Shown in pieces: positions 1 through 9,673 of a DNA stretch of 64,000 nt. The translations under genes were made by a program, and so were the position numbers. Numbering within the stretch: the stretch's first letter is position 1; each line of letters begins with the position of its first letter. The notes beneath the pieces are model-generated. The model worked only from the letters and a program-made list of their open reading frames with translations, had not been told where the DNA came from and made no database searches. Source of the stretch: Candidatus Berkelbacteria bacterium (GTDB lineage Bacteria > Patescibacteriota > UBA1384 > 2-12-FULL-50-11); contig CP066697.1 in assembly GCA_016432625.1 (NCBI GenBank), positions 17,415 through 81,414 of the forward strand. The letters run 5' to 3'.

Positions 1-138
1 CGAATTTACGTTCTAAGTTCCCAAGCGCTGGGCCGACTTGAAGCTTGTCAGTTAGTAATTGCGTGGCTAGGGACTCTGCTACACTGGGCGCATGTTAGCT
101 GCGAGAGTTGAGCGAGAAGTAACCTTGAGCGAAGCGAA

Positions 139-1011
139 ATGTTAATCTTCATTGAGGGTAGTGACTCGTTTTTGGCGCGGGAAGCGATCAACAAAATTAA
201 GGCAAAATACCTCGAGAAGAATCCCGGTGGCGCGGAGTTGATTGAGATTGATGAAACTACTTCGGAGCCGAACCCTTCGACTTCGCTCGGGGTAAACTGG
301 GCTGACCTTTTAACAGTGCCGCTATTCGCTACCTCGCGCCTCATTATCGTCCGGCGTCTAGGCTATTTCCCGCCCACGGTGCACCAACAGCTATCCTTAG
401 TATTAGGACAAGTCCCGGAGTCAACAGTGGTTGTTGTCTGGGACGCCCGCCCGGTTAAGGATACGGCATTAGAGAAACAGCTAGCAGCTGCCTCGAAGAC
501 TATTGGTGCGACGACTCCACAAGGTGCGGCACTTTCTCGGTGGCTAACTGCCCGTGCCCGGGAGCTCGGCTTTGAACTAAGCCGAGATCAGCTGCAGGAG
601 CTACAACAGCGGGGGCACAACGAATTATGGGAGCTGGAAACCGAGCTGCAAACACTCTCCACGGGGTTAAGCTCGGCCACGGTGCGTGAGGCAGCCAGCG
701 AACCGTTTGTATTCTTCAATCTGGTGCGACGGAATAATTGGGAGGCGGTTAAGAAAGAGCTCGCCAAAAAGGCTCGTCAGGGCGAGCCGGTCGAGCTAGT
801 AGTCGGTTCCCTTGCAGCGGCGTGTCGGAAAGAGCTACGCGACGAAGACCAACTGAGGGAGCTGGTGGGGCTACTTATCGACATTGATCTGGGTCTAAAA
901 ACCGGCTCACTTGATCCCGATAGTGCAATTGCTCTGATGATCGCCCACCTACCGCAACCCCTATCTAACCGGGTACAATGGGAAAACACATGGGGGGAGA
1001 TAGCGTCTTAG
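139..1011 (+). CDS. holA: DNA polymerase III delta subunit (short form, 290 aa)
   Basis: ORF-track protein with an N-terminal delta-subunit-like 'IFIEGSDSFLAREAINKI' region; size typical of reduced genomes; rpsT adjacent as in many bacteria. Confidence 0.65.
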   Translation: MLIFIEGSDSFLAREAINKIKAKYLEKNPGGAELIEIDETTSEPNPSTSLGVNWADLLTVPLFATSRLIIVRRLGYFPPTVHQQLSLVLGQVPESTVVVVWDARPVKDTALEKQLAAASKTIGATTPQGAALSRWLTARARELGFELSRDQLQELQQRGHNELWELETELQTLSTGLSSATVREAASEPFVFFNLVRRNNWEAVKKELAKKARQGEPVELVVGSLAAACRKELRDEDQLRELVGLLIDIDLGLKTGSLDPDSAIALMIAHLPQPLSNRVQWENTWGEIAS

Positions 1012-2480
1012 GCGCTTTATTCAAATCAGTCGGCTTTTACTCGAAGTCATTTTCGTTTTTCCTAGTTTTGGCTGTGGTCGGTTTAGGTTGGATTTACTTT
1101 CAGCCGCTGCAAGCTGACGAAGTGGTAAGTAATCAGCCACAGGCAAGCGAATCAAACTATGACATCGTTGTCCGGATGATTGAAGATGGGAGTTTCTATA
1201 TTGGCAACGAGAAGCTTGATATTGAGACAGTGTCCGGCGAACAAACCTACCGCTATCGTTACCAGGTAATTGACCGGCCGAAACAGGAGTTGGAATTTCT
1301 GAGCCTGGCGGTGTTACTGCCAAAGCCGTTGCCGGAGGCATCAATTGGTCACCGTTTTATCACTAACGGCGGTGCAACTTCCGTCGAGAGCAGCCTAGTT
1401 GACCCACAAACGCTAGTTTTTTCAGCCGCTAGTATCGGTACTCAGGCGCAGCTAACCTTCGAGGTTGAGGTACCGAAGTCGTACGTCACCACAACGGCGC
1501 TAAGGGCCCTGCAGAATAAACTGCTGAACTTGCCGCCAATTGTTTGGACCAGTCTCTCGATCGCCTTACCGCTACTGACTGTCCTACTACTACTGCTGAT
1601 CGGTCTGGCTCGTACGAGGAAAATTCCGACAGAACATCTGGGTACGATAGAGGATCCACCAAGCCGTTTAAGCCCGGCGCTACTTGGTATTCTGATGCGC
1701 GGCAAACTTGGCAGCCGGGAGATCGCCGCCACGCTGCTAGATCTAGCTCGGCGCGGGCACTTGGTGATACACCACGTGTCAAATAACGATTTTCGTTTTT
1801 CGCGGCGTCCTTCGGCCGACCGGCTAGAAGATTTTGAAGCAGTAATGCTGGATCAGATCTTCGGCCCAGTTTCAGAACGGACCAGTTCCGAGGAAATCAG
1901 CTTTGCTTTAGCACAAGAGCTATTCAGCCGACGTCTTAGCGAAGCGTTTATCTTGGCCTACCAAAAAATAAATAACCTTGGCTATTTCTACACTAACCCG
2001 TTGACGCTGCACCGTCGTTACCAATTCGCTGCAATTCTCCTCTTTATAATCGGCCTGGCGGGCTTCTTCACCAATCTAATAATCTTTACCCACCTGCAGC
2101 TCTTCCTGCTGTTCTGGCTTGGCATGTTGGTGTCGGCGTTATTAATCTATAGCTTCTCGCATAATTTACCGGCGCGGACAGTTTTTGGTGATAGAGAGCT
2201 TGCTAAGTGGCTGGTTTTTGGCCGATACCTGACGAGCGCCGACCCGATAAACTTTGCTGCTCACAACCAAGAAAAATACCTCGCCTACCTGCCTTACGCA
2301 GTCGTCATGGAATCAGAGGTGGAATGGACCAGGCGTTACTACGAGCTGCCATTTACGCAGCCTAGCTGGTACATCTGTGCTCGAATCACAACAATTGATG
2401 AGTTCGCCAATAAAATCTTCCCGCTTTTTGGCTACCTGTCGCACACGCTTGCTGTTAGCGCTCAACCAGCAGCGCGCTAA
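978..2480 (+). CDS. Membrane protein with N-terminal signal/TM, extracytoplasmic domain and C-terminal TM bundle (DUF2207-like architecture)
   Basis: Hydrophobic N-terminus, ~170-aa soluble region, then four or more predicted TM helices; overlaps the holA end by 34 nt (an alternative start at 990 is possible). Confidence 0.45.
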   Translation: MGKHMGGDSVLGALFKSVGFYSKSFSFFLVLAVVGLGWIYFQPLQADEVVSNQPQASESNYDIVVRMIEDGSFYIGNEKLDIETVSGEQTYRYRYQVIDRPKQELEFLSLAVLLPKPLPEASIGHRFITNGGATSVESSLVDPQTLVFSAASIGTQAQLTFEVEVPKSYVTTTALRALQNKLLNLPPIVWTSLSIALPLLTVLLLLLIGLARTRKIPTEHLGTIEDPPSRLSPALLGILMRGKLGSREIAATLLDLARRGHLVIHHVSNNDFRFSRRPSADRLEDFEAVMLDQIFGPVSERTSSEEISFALAQELFSRRLSEAFILAYQKINNLGYFYTNPLTLHRRYQFAAILLFIIGLAGFFTNLIIFTHLQLFLLFWLGMLVSALLIYSFSHNLPARTVFGDRELAKWLVFGRYLTSADPINFAAHNQEKYLAYLPYAVVMESEVEWTRRYYELPFTQPSWYICARITTIDEFANKIFPLFGYLSHTLAVSAQPAAR

Positions 2481-3032
2481 CTAGAGACGGTCGACGTAGC
2501 GCATAGCGCCGAGAGGCCAGATGACAAAGCTGGCCCGGCCCTGGATGTCCGCTCGCGCTACCGCGCCCCAAAGCCTGGAGTCGCTACTGCCTGGTCGGTT
2601 ATCGCCGGCCAAAAAGTACTCGTCGTTTTCCAGAGCTACCGCGCTCAGCTCTTGGTAAGGAGGTTCGCCGAGTCTAGGTTTATATGGCTCAGATAGTTCT
2701 GCACCGTTAACGGTTAGTTTGCCTTCGTGCGCACTGATAGTTTCCCCGGGAAGGCCGACAACGCGCTTGATGAGCCGCGTGTGTTTCGGGTCGCCAGGAA
2801 AAGTTGCGGCAACTACATCGCCACGCTTAATGGCTTTCGCTCCCCAATAGCTGATTCGTTCGATGATGACCATCTCACCAGTCTCGAAATTAGGCTCCAT
2901 ACTTTTACCTTCAACGAAGAGTGGCACGCCAACCAGAGCGAATAAAACGATAATGGCCGCGATACCAAAAATTAGGTATTTTGTAACCTCAAAAAAAGTT
3001 GCCGAAGCTCCTAGAAATTTTCCCGACTGCAT
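2481..3032 (-). CDS. lepB: Signal peptidase I
   Basis: N-terminal TM, catalytic 'GKSMEP' Ser box, 'IKRVVGLPGE' and 'GDNRPGSSDSRLWG' S26 boxes. Confidence 0.8.
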   Translation of the reverse strand: MQSGKFLGASATFFEVTKYLIFGIAAIIVLFALVGVPLFVEGKSMEPNFETGEMVIIERISYWGAKAIKRGDVVAATFPGDPKHTRLIKRVVGLPGETISAHEGKLTVNGAELSEPYKPRLGEPPYQELSAVALENDEYFLAGDNRPGSSDSRLWGAVARADIQGRASFVIWPLGAMRYVDRL

Positions 3033-3069
3033 AGGTCTACTTTACGTCCTAAGCCGTAGGGTGTGCAAT

Positions 3070-3393
3070 TTACTGCTTAGCTTTGGAGGTTTTGGACTTG
3101 GCGACAGCCTTTTTGGCAACGGGCTTTTTAGTCGCCGGAGCTTTTTCGCTCGATGGCTTAGCCTTGCCGGAAGTGCCGATCTCTTTACTGAGGCGGGATT
3201 TCAAGCGGGAGGCTTTGTTAGCGGCAATGATTCCCCATTTGGCTGACTTGTCGATTAAGGAGAAAGTTCGAGCCAGTGTCTCGGCAGAAGCGGATTTCAA
3301 GGCAACTTTAAGCACCGCCTTGCGACGGCGGTTAACCTCTGTCTTTTTTTCTTGAACACGTAGTGCCTTCTTGGCACTTTTACTTATAGGCAT
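3070..3393 (-). CDS. rpsT: 30S ribosomal protein S20 with Lys/Ala-rich C-terminal tail
   Basis: The 'SKSAKKALRVQEKKTEVNRRRK...LIDKSAKWGIIAANKASRLKSRLSK' core matches S20; a ~30-aa AKK/KPV-rich extension follows. Confidence 0.75.
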   Translation of the reverse strand: MPISKSAKKALRVQEKKTEVNRRRKAVLKVALKSASAETLARTFSLIDKSAKWGIIAANKASRLKSRLSKEIGTSGKAKPSSEKAPATKKPVAKKAVAKSKTSKAKQ

Positions 3394-3470
3394 AACGGAG
3401 TGATTTTATCAGAAAATCGCCTCGAGTTCAAAGGCCAAATCCCAAAGCCTAAAAATATCCCTCCCACTCC

Positions 3471-3498
3471 TTGAAAAGAAATCTCCGCCAGGTATAAT
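3471..3498 (+). promoter_or_regulatory. Sigma-70-like promoter (TTGAAA-16 nt-TATAAT) giving a leaderless or very short-leader nrnA transcript
   Basis: TTGAAA at 3471-3476 and TATAAT at 3493-3498, 9 nt before the ATG at 3508; no SD in between. Confidence 0.4.
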
Positions 3499-3507
3499 GG
3501 CGAAAGC

Positions 3508-4701
3508 ATGGAAGTAACTCCCAAGGCCCAAACCGTCGAGCTTATCAAGCAGGCGAATAAGATTTTAATCCTTACCCACCGCGACCCGGATGGGGACGCT
3601 TTGGGCTCCTCACTCGCTTTATACTTAGCCTTGAAGAAACTCCAGAAAGAAGTCGACGTTGTTTTTCAGGGGACTATTGGCGAGGTATTCTCTTTTCTAC
3701 CGGCCTTCAACGAAGCCAAGACCAGCTTAGGTGCCAGTAACGACTTAGTATTGACTATCGATACCCGCAACACCGGCGAAGAGCTGAAGCTCGGGTATAA
3801 AAAGTTGCCCGAGGAAAAACGAATCAAAATCGTTGTCACGCCGCCCAAAGGCAGTCTGACGCCGGAAGATATCACTGTCGAACGCTCCGTGCCAAAATAC
3901 GACCTCATTATCCTGCTCGATCTGAATAAGCTCGACCGCGTTGGACCGATCAAAGACCAATTTGCTGACCTATTTTACGAAGTGCCGACGATCGTTATCG
4001 ATCACCACGCTGACAACAACCAATTCGCCAAGATTAACTGGGTTGATATCACCGCTACTTCCGCCGCGGAGATTCTGGTTTCCCTAATTGAGTCGTTAAG
4101 TCGTGACGAGCCGCTGCTTGATGCCGACATCGCCACGGCGCTGCTGACCGGCCTTATCACCGACACTGGCAGCTTCCAGTACCGAGGCACGACGCCAAAA
4201 TCACTGACAGTCGCAGCCCAGCTAGTTGCGGCTGGCGCTCGCCAGCAGGAAATCATCGAGTGTCTTTATCGCACAATCACCCTGCCAAGAATGAAGCTTT
4301 GGGGCCGGATGCTCTCCAAAGTGCAGCTTGACCCAACTCATAAGTTCATTTGGTCAACGCTGACAGAGCAAGATTTAATTGAAACGGGCGGTGACGCGGG
4401 AGACGTTTCTGGATTGGCAAGCGAGCTGTCCAAATCTGTCGACGACGCTGATTTCGCCCTACTCTTGAGCGACAGAGACAAGATCATCCGTGGCAACCTG
4501 CGCGCCATCAAACCAACCTGTAACGTCGCCGAAATTGCTCACCATTTTGGTGGCGGTGGCCACCAGGCAGCTTCCGGTTTCCGGGTGGACGGCGCCATAG
4601 AAGAAAAAGAGCTAGAGATTCTTAATAAAATTCGGGCTTTTCGTACCGGGAACGTGTCAGAAATAGATGCCTTACCTACTGGTAGCTCTACTGAAGGTTG
4701 A
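3508..4701 (+). CDS. nrnA: DHH/DHHA1 phosphoesterase (NrnA-like oligoribonuclease / pAp phosphatase)
   Basis: '[13 protein letters not shown]', '[10 protein letters not shown]' (DHH) and C-terminal '[10 protein letters not shown]' (DHHA1) motifs. Confidence 0.75.
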   Translation: MEVTPKAQTVELIKQANKILILTHRDPDGDALGSSLALYLALKKLQKEVDVVFQGTIGEVFSFLPAFNEAKTSLGASNDLVLTIDTRNTGEELKLGYKKLPEEKRIKIVVTPPKGSLTPEDITVERSVPKYDLIILLDLNKLDRVGPIKDQFADLFYEVPTIVIDHHADNNQFAKINWVDITATSAAEILVSLIESLSRDEPLLDADIATALLTGLITDTGSFQYRGTTPKSLTVAAQLVAAGARQQEIIECLYRTITLPRMKLWGRMLSKVQLDPTHKFIWSTLTEQDLIETGGDAGDVSGLASELSKSVDDADFALLLSDRDKIIRGNLRAIKPTCNVAEIAHHFGGGGHQAASGFRVDGAIEEKELEILNKIRAFRTGNVSEIDALPTGSSTEG

Positions 4702-5204
4702 AGCAGTTACCAAGATTTGATAAGATGAGCAAACGTATGAACGAGAAAGACAAGACTACTAAACCTAAAGCCGCCAAGGCAACTAAGCCGGTTTCAGCAA
4801 AAGCTTCAAAAAAAGAAGCCGTTGCGAAAGAGCCGAAGAAAACTAAGGCTAAAGTTGTCATACCCGAAGTCGCTCCAGAGCTAGAGGCGCCAGTAGTCAA
4901 GGAACCTGTTAAGGCCGTCGCTAAGTCGAAGCCGAAAACCGTCCATTCTAAGAAAAAAGCGGCCACTATTAAGAAATATCAATCACACGAGGGCGACACC
5001 GGGTCGACGGATGTCCAGGTTGCGGTTTTGACCGAGAAAATTAATGCTTTAACAAAGCACCTTCAGGAGCATAAAAAAGATCACGATTCACGCATGGGTC
5101 TCTTGAAGATGATCGGCCAGCGTCGCAGCCTACTCAATTACCTTGAGAAGAAGAATAACGAGCGTTACAAGAAGCTCATTGGTTCTCTAGGCCTGCGAAA
5201 GTAA
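4698..5204 (+). CDS. rpsO: 30S ribosomal protein S15 with ~75-aa Lys/Ala/Pro-rich N-terminal extension
   Basis: The C-terminal 89 aa '[51 protein letters not shown]' is canonical S15. No ATG/GTG/TTG lies near the canonical start, so the extension appears genuine. The TTG at 4698 overlaps the nrnA stop; the first ATG is at 4725. Confidence 0.8.
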   Translation: MKQLPRFDKMSKRMNEKDKTTKPKAAKATKPVSAKASKKEAVAKEPKKTKAKVVIPEVAPELEAPVVKEPVKAVAKSKPKTVHSKKKAATIKKYQSHEGDTGSTDVQVAVLTEKINALTKHLQEHKKDHDSRMGLLKMIGQRRSLLNYLEKKNNERYKKLIGSLGLRK

Positions 5205-5251
5205 AATATCAGTGGCTACTTCGGTAGTAATAAATAAGGGAGTAAAAATAG

Positions 5252-7336
5252 ATGCAAGTTAAGATTCCTTTCGGAAGTGAGGAAATCGTTGTCGAGTCCG
5301 GTAAATTGGCCAAACGCGCCAGCGGTGCCGTTACCGTCACCTGGGGCGAAACAGTTATTTTGGTAACGGCGACAATCGCTAAAGAAGCAAAAGAGGGGAC
5401 AGATTTCTTCCCCCTGACTGTCGATTACGAAGAACGAATGTACGCCGCCGGAAAGATCTCAGGCTCTAAATTTATGAAGCGTGAGAATAAGCCTTCAGAT
5501 GAGGCCGTGTTGAAGGGCCGCTTAATTGATCGCGCTATCCGGCCGATGTTCCCGAAATCTTTTCGCCGCGATGTACAAATTATCGTGACGACACTTTCCT
5601 ACGACGAAGAGCACGACCCGGCACCGCTTGCCGTGATCGGCGCCTCTGCAGCACTACTTATGACCGATGCGCCTTTTGAAGGCCCGATTGCCGCAGTACG
5701 CGTCGGTTTGCGAGGTGACGAGTTCATCCTCAACCCGACCGGCACTGAACTCGCCGATAGCAACCTTGATTTAGTGGCCGCTGGCTCGTCAGAAAAGATT
5801 AACATGATTGAAGCCGCCTCCAACGAAGTTCGAGAGGATAAGATGATCGCCGCACTCGCTTTCGCCCAAAAAAGTCTGGCTGAAATTTGCCAAGCGCAAC
5901 GCGAATTTGCCAGTAGCGAAAAGGAAAAAGTTGAGTACGCCGAACCAGAATTCTACGCGGAGATAAAAACTAAATATGGCGCCGAGCTCGCTGCCGCCGT
6001 GACCGAAACTGATTACGATGCGCGCGAAGCTAAGGTTGCTGAAGTTGCCAAGAAGGCGCTCGAGGAATTTGCCGAAAAGTACGAAGAGCAAGAGATTAAA
6101 AGCGCCGTCGAAGCTGCGTATTACAAAGCCATTCGCGCCCTAATCATTGATGATCACAAACGCCCTGACGGCCGCGCTATGGATGAAGTCCGAGCGCTCT
6201 CCGGTGAAGTTGGTCTTCTGCCGCGAGTCCACGGCTCAGCCTTGTTCAGTCGCGGTGAAACCTCGGCTCTCACCCTAACCACCCTCGGATCGCCAAGTGA
6301 AGAGCAATGGATCGACACGATGGAGGAGTTTGCGAAGAAGCGTTACATCCACCACTACAACTTCCCGCCGTATTCGACCGGTGAAGTCCGCCGGCTTGGT
6401 ACTGGTCGCCGCGAGATTGGCCACGGGGCGTTAGCGGAAAAAGCTTTAGTCCCCGTGATCCCCGCCAAAGAGGAATTCCCCTACACAATCCGTGTTGTCA
6501 CCGAGATTATGAGCTCTAACGGCTCAACTTCGATGGCGGCTGTAGTTGGCTCAACGTTATCGCTAATGGACGCGGGCGTTCCTATTAAGAAACCGGTCGC
6601 CGGAATTGCCATGGGACTTGTCAGCGGCAAGACAGACGATGACTTCGAGGTTCTGACTGACTTACAAGGCCTGGAAGACTTCGCCGGCGAGATGGATTTC
6701 AAAATCGCTGGAACCCGCGAAGGCATCACTGCTATTCAACTTGACGTCAAAAATAAGGGTCTTAGCGCCAAAGTAATTAGTGCGACTTTTGAAAAAGCCC
6801 TCACCGCTCGGATGCAGATTATGGATCTAATTGATAAAACCATGCCTGAACCTCGCAAGGAGCTATCCAAATACGCGCCGCGGATCATTGTTACTAAAAT
6901 TGATCCGGAAAAAATCGGCGAGCTTATCGGCCCCGGCGGTAAAACCATCAACAAAATTATCGACAACGAAGGCGGTCGTGAAGTGTTAAACATCGATATC
7001 GACGACGATGGCACGGTGATGATTACTTCGGCCGATGCCGAGAAAGCAGCTCGTGTTAAAGGGATCGTCGAATCGATCGGTATCCCGCTAAAGATCGGCG
7101 ACGAGCTCGAGGGCGAAATTGTCTCGATCGTTAAAGACCGTACCTCTGGCAAAGAAATTGGGGCGATAGTCCAGCTCGGACCAAATAAAGACGGGATGAT
7201 TCACGTTTCCGCCCTAGGCAACGGTCAGTTTGTAGAGCGTGTCTCGGACGTCGTAAAAGTCGGTGACGTCGTAAAGGTTAGAGTCAAAGACGTTGACCCG
7301 GAACGCGGCCGAATCTCACTGACCAAAATTAACTAG
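5252..7336 (+). CDS. pnp: Polyribonucleotide nucleotidyltransferase (PNPase)
   Basis: Two RNase PH domains, a KH domain ('IGPGGKTINKII') and an S1 domain; conserved rpsO-pnp order. Confidence 0.9.
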   Translation: MQVKIPFGSEEIVVESGKLAKRASGAVTVTWGETVILVTATIAKEAKEGTDFFPLTVDYEERMYAAGKISGSKFMKRENKPSDEAVLKGRLIDRAIRPMFPKSFRRDVQIIVTTLSYDEEHDPAPLAVIGASAALLMTDAPFEGPIAAVRVGLRGDEFILNPTGTELADSNLDLVAAGSSEKINMIEAASNEVREDKMIAALAFAQKSLAEICQAQREFASSEKEKVEYAEPEFYAEIKTKYGAELAAAVTETDYDAREAKVAEVAKKALEEFAEKYEEQEIKSAVEAAYYKAIRALIIDDHKRPDGRAMDEVRALSGEVGLLPRVHGSALFSRGETSALTLTTLGSPSEEQWIDTMEEFAKKRYIHHYNFPPYSTGEVRRLGTGRREIGHGALAEKALVPVIPAKEEFPYTIRVVTEIMSSNGSTSMAAVVGSTLSLMDAGVPIKKPVAGIAMGLVSGKTDDDFEVLTDLQGLEDFAGEMDFKIAGTREGITAIQLDVKNKGLSAKVISATFEKALTARMQIMDLIDKTMPEPRKELSKYAPRIIVTKIDPEKIGELIGPGGKTINKIIDNEGGREVLNIDIDDDGTVMITSADAEKAARVKGIVESIGIPLKIGDELEGEIVSIVKDRTSGKEIGAIVQLGPNKDGMIHVSALGNGQFVERVSDVVKVGDVVKVRVKDVDPERGRISLTKIN

Positions 7337-7354
7337 ACGAGGCACCGTAAGGCA

Positions 7355-7384
7355 ACAGCCCTGCTTGGGGCAGGGCTGTTTGGA
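7355..7384 (+). terminator. Rho-independent terminator of pnp
   Basis: 11-bp stem AACAGCCCTGC/GCAGGGCTGTT with TTGGG loop, followed by a T-run. Confidence 0.5.
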
Positions 7385-7405
7385 TAGATTGGGGCACGTT
7401 TACCC

Positions 7406-8863
7406 CTAGGAGTCGGCGTACATAGCGAATTCCTCGGGGTGGGGTTTCAGGTCGACCCGGTCGCACTCCTCAAGTTTGAGCTTGATGTAGATATCGATCA
7501 GGTCTTTCGTGAAGACGTCACCCTGGGTGAGGAAGTCGTTGTCAGCCGCCAGAGCCTCGAGAACAGCCCGGAGGCTGCCCGGAGTCTGCCTGACGAGGCC
7601 TTTCTCCTCGGGCGGCAGCTCGTACAGGTCCTTGTCGAGCGGTTTTGGCGGTTCGATGCGGTTCTGGATCCCATCGATGCCGGCCATGACGCAGGCCGCG
7701 AATGCCAAGTACGGGTTAGCCGTTGGATCCGGCGCCCGAAACTCGATTCGCTTGCTTTTAGGCGACTTGGAGTACATCGGCACCCTGACGCACGCCGAGC
7801 GATTTCGCTGGCTATACATCAGGTTGATCGGTGCTTCGTAGCCCGGAACGAGCCGTCGATACGAGTTCGTCGTCGGGGCACAAAACGCCAGTAGCGCCGG
7901 AGCGTGCTTGAGTACGCCGCCGACGAAATACCTTGCCTCATCCGAGAGGCCGGCGTAGCCCTGTTCGTCGTACATCAAGCTCTCGTTGTCTTTCCACAAC
8001 GAGATATGGATGTGCATGCCGCTGCCGTTGTCTCCCGAGAGAGGTTTTGGCATGAAGCACGCAACCATACCGTTGTCGGCGGCAACGTTGTGGACGATGT
8101 ACTTGAAGAGCTGGACCTGGTCGGCCATCTCGACGAGCGGCCTGAACCGCATATCGATCTCGCACTGGCCAGCTGAGGCGACCTCATGATGGTGAACCTC
8201 AACTTCAATACCGACCCCTTCCAGCTCGTCAACGATCTCCTGCCGGACGAGGTGCAGTTTGTCACGTGGCGGACAGGGGAAATAACCCCCTTTCGCCGGC
8301 GTAGTATAGCCGCCGCACTCGCCGTCATGACTCTGCCAGTGCGCTTCATCACTCCTGATGCAGAACCCAGCGCGTTGCGGCGCCGTTTCATACGTCAACT
8401 CGTTGAAGACGAAGAACTCCGGCTCCGGGCCAATAAAGGCCTGGTCTGCTACGCCGCTAGAGCGCAAGTACTGAATGCACTTTTCGGCGACGTAGCGTGG
8501 ATCACGCGAGTAGCGCTCGCGGGTCAGCGGATCCTCGATGCGACAGAACACCACGGCCGCGTCGTTCATGAACGGGTCGAGATGAACTGTTGTAGGGTCG
8601 GGGACGAGCAGCATGTCGGACTCGTTGATCGATTGGAATCCTCGAATCGAGGAGCCATCGAAACCAACGCCCTCATCGAAGAGCTCTTCGGTGAAGTCGC
8701 GGACACTCATAGTGAAGTGTTGCAGCTTGCCAAACAGGTCGGTAAAACGTACGTCCACGGATCGCACGTTGTGGTTAGTGACGAATTCGACGGCCGACTT
8801 GGCGTTGGCGTCGGGGGCTCCTTTGAGGTGACGAGCGGGTCGTTGTTTGTCGGTTTCTTCCAT
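7406..8863 (-). CDS. glnA: Glutamine synthetase type I
   Basis: GS-I motifs ('FDGSSIRGF', the ATP-binding region, 'NPYL' near the C-terminus); ~25-aa N-terminal extension; GC-rich relative to neighbours. Confidence 0.85.
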   Translation of the reverse strand: MEETDKQRPARHLKGAPDANAKSAVEFVTNHNVRSVDVRFTDLFGKLQHFTMSVRDFTEELFDEGVGFDGSSIRGFQSINESDMLLVPDPTTVHLDPFMNDAAVVFCRIEDPLTRERYSRDPRYVAEKCIQYLRSSGVADQAFIGPEPEFFVFNELTYETAPQRAGFCIRSDEAHWQSHDGECGGYTTPAKGGYFPCPPRDKLHLVRQEIVDELEGVGIEVEVHHHEVASAGQCEIDMRFRPLVEMADQVQLFKYIVHNVAADNGMVACFMPKPLSGDNGSGMHIHISLWKDNESLMYDEQGYAGLSDEARYFVGGVLKHAPALLAFCAPTTNSYRRLVPGYEAPINLMYSQRNRSACVRVPMYSKSPKSKRIEFRAPDPTANPYLAFAACVMAGIDGIQNRIEPPKPLDKDLYELPPEEKGLVRQTPGSLRAVLEALAADNDFLTQGDVFTKDLIDIYIKLKLEECDRVDLKPHPEEFAMYADS

Positions 8864-9003
8864 TTCCCCTCCAGGGTGTCTATTGAACTATGAAGATCAG
8901 GCCTCGGCGCTACGCCGAGACGACAGGAGGATATTATCATCATCGTGCTGAAATTCAACGCCTGGCGCCTGACATCCAACCAGTTAGGTGGTATATATGA
9001 CTC

Positions 9004-9576
9004 ATGACTAAGGACGAAGCCTTGGCTGAAGTTGCCAAGCGCATCGCCGAATGTGAGCGCTGTAAGTACGTGCCTGGCCAGCGCGCCGTGCCCGGTGAAG
9101 GTAGCTGCGACGCGGAGATTATGTTTATTGGCGAAGCTCCTGGAGCCAAAGAGAACGAAACGGGCCGGCCGTTTGTTGGTGCCGCCGGGCAGTTCCTAAC
9201 AGAGATGCTTAACTCAATTGGCCTGGAGCGGGGCGATGTTTTTATCGCCAACGTTATTAAATATCAGCCTCCAGGCAACCGCGATCCTTTGCCAGAAGAA
9301 ATTCGCTTGCAGCTGCCCTTTCTTTTAAAACAGATTGCTATCATCAAGCCGAAACTAATTTGCTTTCTTGGGCGCCACTCAATGTCTGCTTTATTGCCCG
9401 ATCTCGGTAAAACTATCTCCCAAGTGCACGGTGAGCTTGTCGAGAAAGACAGACAAGCGTACTTGCCGCTCTATCACCCGGCCGCGGCGCTCTACAACGG
9501 CGGCATGCGCGAAACTTTGCTCGCCGACTTCGCCAAAATCCCGGAGTATATGGATCGTATAAAGAGCGCTAATTGA
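9004..9576 (+). CDS. Uracil-DNA glycosylase, family 4 (Fe-S type)
   Basis: N-terminal 'CERCKY' cysteine cluster, 'GEAPGAKENETGRPFVGAAGQFL' active-site region, 'HPAAALYN' C-terminal motif. Confidence 0.75.
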   Translation: MTKDEALAEVAKRIAECERCKYVPGQRAVPGEGSCDAEIMFIGEAPGAKENETGRPFVGAAGQFLTEMLNSIGLERGDVFIANVIKYQPPGNRDPLPEEIRLQLPFLLKQIAIIKPKLICFLGRHSMSALLPDLGKTISQVHGELVEKDRQAYLPLYHPAAALYNGGMRETLLADFAKIPEYMDRIKSAN

Positions 9577-9673
9577 CTTTCGGTACGATCTCGGCTAAGA
9601 TTACCAAAGACTAATCAGATATCGCTGTACTCCCCACAAGCGATGTCACCAAGAATACAGAAAGGAAGACATT

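Noticed and set aside
8186-8893. 235-aa + strand ORF antisense to glnA
   Set aside because: Shadow ORF in a GC-rich gene; low-complexity composition, no motifs, and it fully overlaps a confidently identified glnA
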